Below, piece by piece: positions 60,824-64,000 of a stretch of 64,000 nucleotides of DNA (positions are counted from its first letter, which is position 1; each line of letters begins with the position of its first letter). This stretch comes from Scenedesmus sp. PABB004 (taxonomy: Eukaryota). A model generated the notes under the pieces. It ran no database searches, was not told where the DNA came from, and was given only the letters and a program-made list of their open reading frames with translations. The DNA is taken from contig JABVCE010000007.1 in NCBI GenBank assembly GCA_014905635.1, positions 1,302,001 through 1,366,000 on the forward strand. The letters run 5' to 3'. Made by a program: the position numbers and the translations under genes.

Positions 60824-63261
60824 CGCCGTGGTGCTGGGGTGCAACAACTTCAAGGTCCGTCAGTCGGCGCCGCCCCGGCGCGCGCGCGGCGCGCCCGCGG
60901 CGCGCCCGCAGCGCCGGCGCCGAGGCGCCGCCGCCGGCGGCCCGCCAGCGCCCTCACCCGCGCCCGCGCCCGCGCCGCGCCCGCCCCGCTGCCGCCGCTG
61001 CCGCGCAGGTCGTCGACCTGGGCGTGATGACGCCGTGGGACAAGATCCTGGACGCGGCGGTGGAGCACAAGGCGGACGTGATCGGCCTCTCCGGCCTCAT
61101 CACGCCCTCGCTTGACGAGATGGTCACGGTCGCGAAGAAGATGCAGGAGCGCGGCCTCACCACGCCGCTGCTCATCGGCGGCGCGACGACGAGCAAGATG
61201 CACACCGCGGTCAAGATCGCGCCCGCGTATGCGGGGCCGGTCGTGCACGTGCTCGACGCGAGCCGCAGCGTGCCCGTCGTGCAGGCGCGCGCCGCGACGC
61301 GGGCGCGGGGCAGAGGCGGGGCGCGGGCCGGCCGCCGCGGCGCGCGCCGCGCTGCGCGCGTGAGCCCGAGCCGGCTCCGCCCCTCACCACCGCCCCCGCC
61401 CCGCCCCTCGCCGCTGCCGCGCCGCCGCCGCGCCGCCGCCGCCAGGCGCTGGTGGACAAGAACGCGAAGCAGCGGGCCGAGTTTGTGGACGAGATCGCCG
61501 AGCAGTACACGGAGCTGCGGGAAGAGTTCTTCGCCGGCCTGGAGGACCGCAAGTGCGCCGGCGCCGCCCGGCCGCGACCCCGGCGCCTTGGGCGGGCGCT
61601 GCGCTGCGCGCGCGCGCGCGCGCGCCGCCAGCGCCAGCGCGCTCCGCCCCGCCCGTCCGCCCGCCCACGACCGCCCGCCCACGCGACCGCCGCCCGCGCG
61701 CCCGCGCGCCGGCAGGTACCTGAGCCTTGCGCAGGCGCAGGCCAAGGCGCTCGCGCTGGACTGGTCCGACCCCGTCAACCGCCCGGTCAAGCCCGCGCTG
61801 CTGGGGACCAAGGCGTTTGTGAGCTTCCCCATCGAGGACGTGCTGGACTACATCGACTGGAACCCCTTCTTCCAGGCGCGCGCGCGCGCACGCGGCGCCG
61901 CGCCTGGCGCTGCCGCGCCTGGCGCGCCCGCGGGCCGGCGGCCGCGGGCCGCGGGGGCGGGGCTCGGACGTCGCCGCGCCCGCGCGCCCGCGCCCGCCCA
62001 GCCGCCGCCGCTGCGCCGCCGCCACACCCACACCGCCGCCGCGTGTCACCCGCGCGCCGCGCGTCGCCGCAGGTGTGGCAGCTGCGCGGGCGCTACCCCA
62101 ACCGCGGGTACCCCAAGATCTTCAACGACGCCGCCGTCGGCGGCGAGGCGCGCAAGCTCTTTGACGAGGCGCAGGCGATGCTGGCCGAGTTTGTGTCGGG
62201 CAAGCGCGTGCGCCTCAACGGCGTCGTCGGCTTCTTCCCCGCCAACGCGGTCGGCGACGACATCGAGGTTTACACCGACGAGGCGCGCGACACCGTGGCC
62301 GCCAAGTTCTACGGCCTGCGCCAGCAGGCGGAGAAGGACGGCGAGGGCGAGCCCTACCTCTGCGTGAGCGACTTTGTCGCGCCCAAGGGCAGCGGCGTGG
62401 CCGACTACGTCGGCGCGTTTGCCTGCTCCGCGGGGCACGGCCTCGAGGATGTCGTCGCGGGGTACAAGGCCGCCGGTGACGACTACAGGCACGCCGCGCG
62501 GCGCGGCGCCGAGCGCGCGGCGCGGCGCCGAGCGCGCGGCGCAGCGCCGAGCGGGGCCGCCGCCTCGCCCACTCACCCGCCCGCCCACCCGCCCCGCCGC
62601 CCTCGCCCGCTCGCCCGCTCTCTCCCCGCGCTCCCCGCGGCGCAGCTACATCATGGCCGAGGCGCTCGCGGACCGCCTGGCCGAGGCGTTTGCGGAGAAG
62701 CTGCACGAGCTCACGCGCCGCGAGCTCTGGGGCTACGCGCCCGACGAGGCGCTGAGCGTGGACGACATGCTCAAGGTCAAGTACAGGGTGAGTGCAGGAA
62801 GCAGCCTGTGTGTACATAGTAGTAGTAGCTGTGTGCATGTGCGGCTGGGAGGGAGAGCGTGAGCGAGCCAGCGAGCGCGCGACCCGCTCGGCGGGGCGGC
62901 GGCGGCACGCGCGCGGCGCGGCGCCGTCGCGCGGCGCCCGACCCCGCGCGGCACCGCCGACCCCCCGCCGCAGGGCATCCGCCCCGCGCCGGGCTACCCG
63001 AGCCAGCCGGACCACACCGAGAAGCTCACGATGTGGGGGCTGATGGACGTCGAGGCGGCGACGGGCATCACCCTGACCGAGAGCCTCGCGATGATGCCCG
63101 CCGCGAGCGTGAGCGGCCTCTACTTTGGCGGCGCCGGCGCGAGCTACTTTGCGGTCGGCAAGATCACGGCCGAGCAGGTCGCCGACTACGCGCTGCGCAA
63201 GAAGATGGACGGCACGGACGCCGAGCGCTGGCTCGCGACGTCGCTCAACTACGAGCCCTGA
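56383..63261 (+). CDS. METH: Cobalamin-dependent methionine synthase, 15 exons including three non-catalytic N-terminal exons
   Basis: [115 protein letters not shown], the B12-binding motif [43 protein letters not shown]. The catalytic part starts at the exon at 57195. Confidence 0.97.
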
Positions 63262-64000
63262 GCCCGGCGGCGGTGGCGCGGCGCGCGGCGGCGCGGGAGG
63301 CGGCGGGGCGCGCGCTTGGTGCGCGCGGGGCTCGTAGTTGAGCGTCTGCGGGGAGGGGCCGGCCGGCGGGGCCAGCACCATGGTGCGTGGCCGCGACCGC
63401 GTGTGCGGCCGGCAGCGTGTCTGTGCAGCGCGGCGCGGCGGGGGCACTGAATTGGGAGCGCGAGTAGGCAGGCCGCGTGTAGATCGCTGGCGATCTGGCT
63501 GAGCGGAGGCAGTCTCGGGGGCGGCGTCGGCGGGCACGAGGCAACCAGGGCTTTGCAAAGCAGCCTGCCGCCGTTCCCGTCACTCACGCGCGACCGAGCC
63601 CGGCCGCACAGTCGCTGGCTGCTGGCGCTGCCTCAGCAATCCAAACGTTGCCACCGGCAGGCTGTTCGTCGCGCCCCCCGGTGTCAAACCCATGAGCGCC
63701 CGCACTGCCGACCCGCTGACGCTGCCCAAGGCTTGCCCAACCCGCACCGATCCCGACCAGCAAGTGGCAAAAGGTTGATCCACACAAGAGATCCCGGCGA
63801 AAGAGCGTTTAGCAGCTGCCCAAACAGATCCACTTCTGCCACCGCCCGCACTCGCACTGAGCCAGGCCCATCAGACGCCGGGGCGCGGCGCGCGCTCGCT
63901 CGCGGCGGATCCCCACGCGTGCGCAGCCCGCGCACACGAGCCCGCCTAACCTAGGCAATCTGACCGCGCCTCCTACGACTAGACCCTCAGCGCCACGCAA

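Noticed and set aside
36252..63261. Sulfur/methionine gene cluster (SLC13 transporter, ATP sulfurylase, METH)
   Set aside because: The SPX-SLC13 protein is best read as a phosphate transporter, and three unrelated genes separate ATS from METH. There is no evidence beyond proximity.
279..64000. Hundreds of long overlapping Arg/Ala/Pro/Gly-rich ORFs in the six-frame track (e.g. 45924-49439, 51818-55282, 27860-30517)
   Set aside because: Stop codons are rare at this GC content. These are antisense or off-frame shadows of real genes and read-through of introns, with no recognisable motifs.

Overview
Eukaryotic nuclear DNA, extremely GC-rich (roughly 80% by eye), gene-dense and intron-rich. Introns are short (mostly about 80-300 nt) and GC-rich. 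Gene content (SPX-SLC13 transporter, full-length XRN1, METH, CBP60-like factor) points to a chlorophyte green alga, plausibly Sphaeropleales-like (inference). Nearly all ORFs in the supplied six-frame track are GC-driven shadows, so the genes were spliced by hand. Thirteen protein-coding genes are supported, in order: equilibrative nucleoside transporter (-, cut by window start), Gln/Gly-rich hypothetical (-), TMC/OSCA-like channel (-), TAF1B/Rrn7 (+), XRN1 (+), LARP1 (+), UAP56-binding-motif protein (-), SPX-SLC13 phosphate transporter PTC1-like (+), ATP sulfurylase (-), CBP60-like factor (-), LRR protein (-), KRI1 (+) and B12-dependent methionine synthase METH (+). No tRNA, rRNA, CRISPR array or clear transposon was found. 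The most notable observations are: many GC-AG introns; an in-frame hydrophobic hairpin spliced onto METH; an XRN1 tail with five helical leucine-rich motifs plus a SUZ-C motif; a dense SQ/TQ cluster in TAF1B; a candidate mRNA-export adaptor with an unassigned domain; and apparent frameshifts confined to low-complexity exons (probably assembly indels). CDS coordinates are gene spans including introns.
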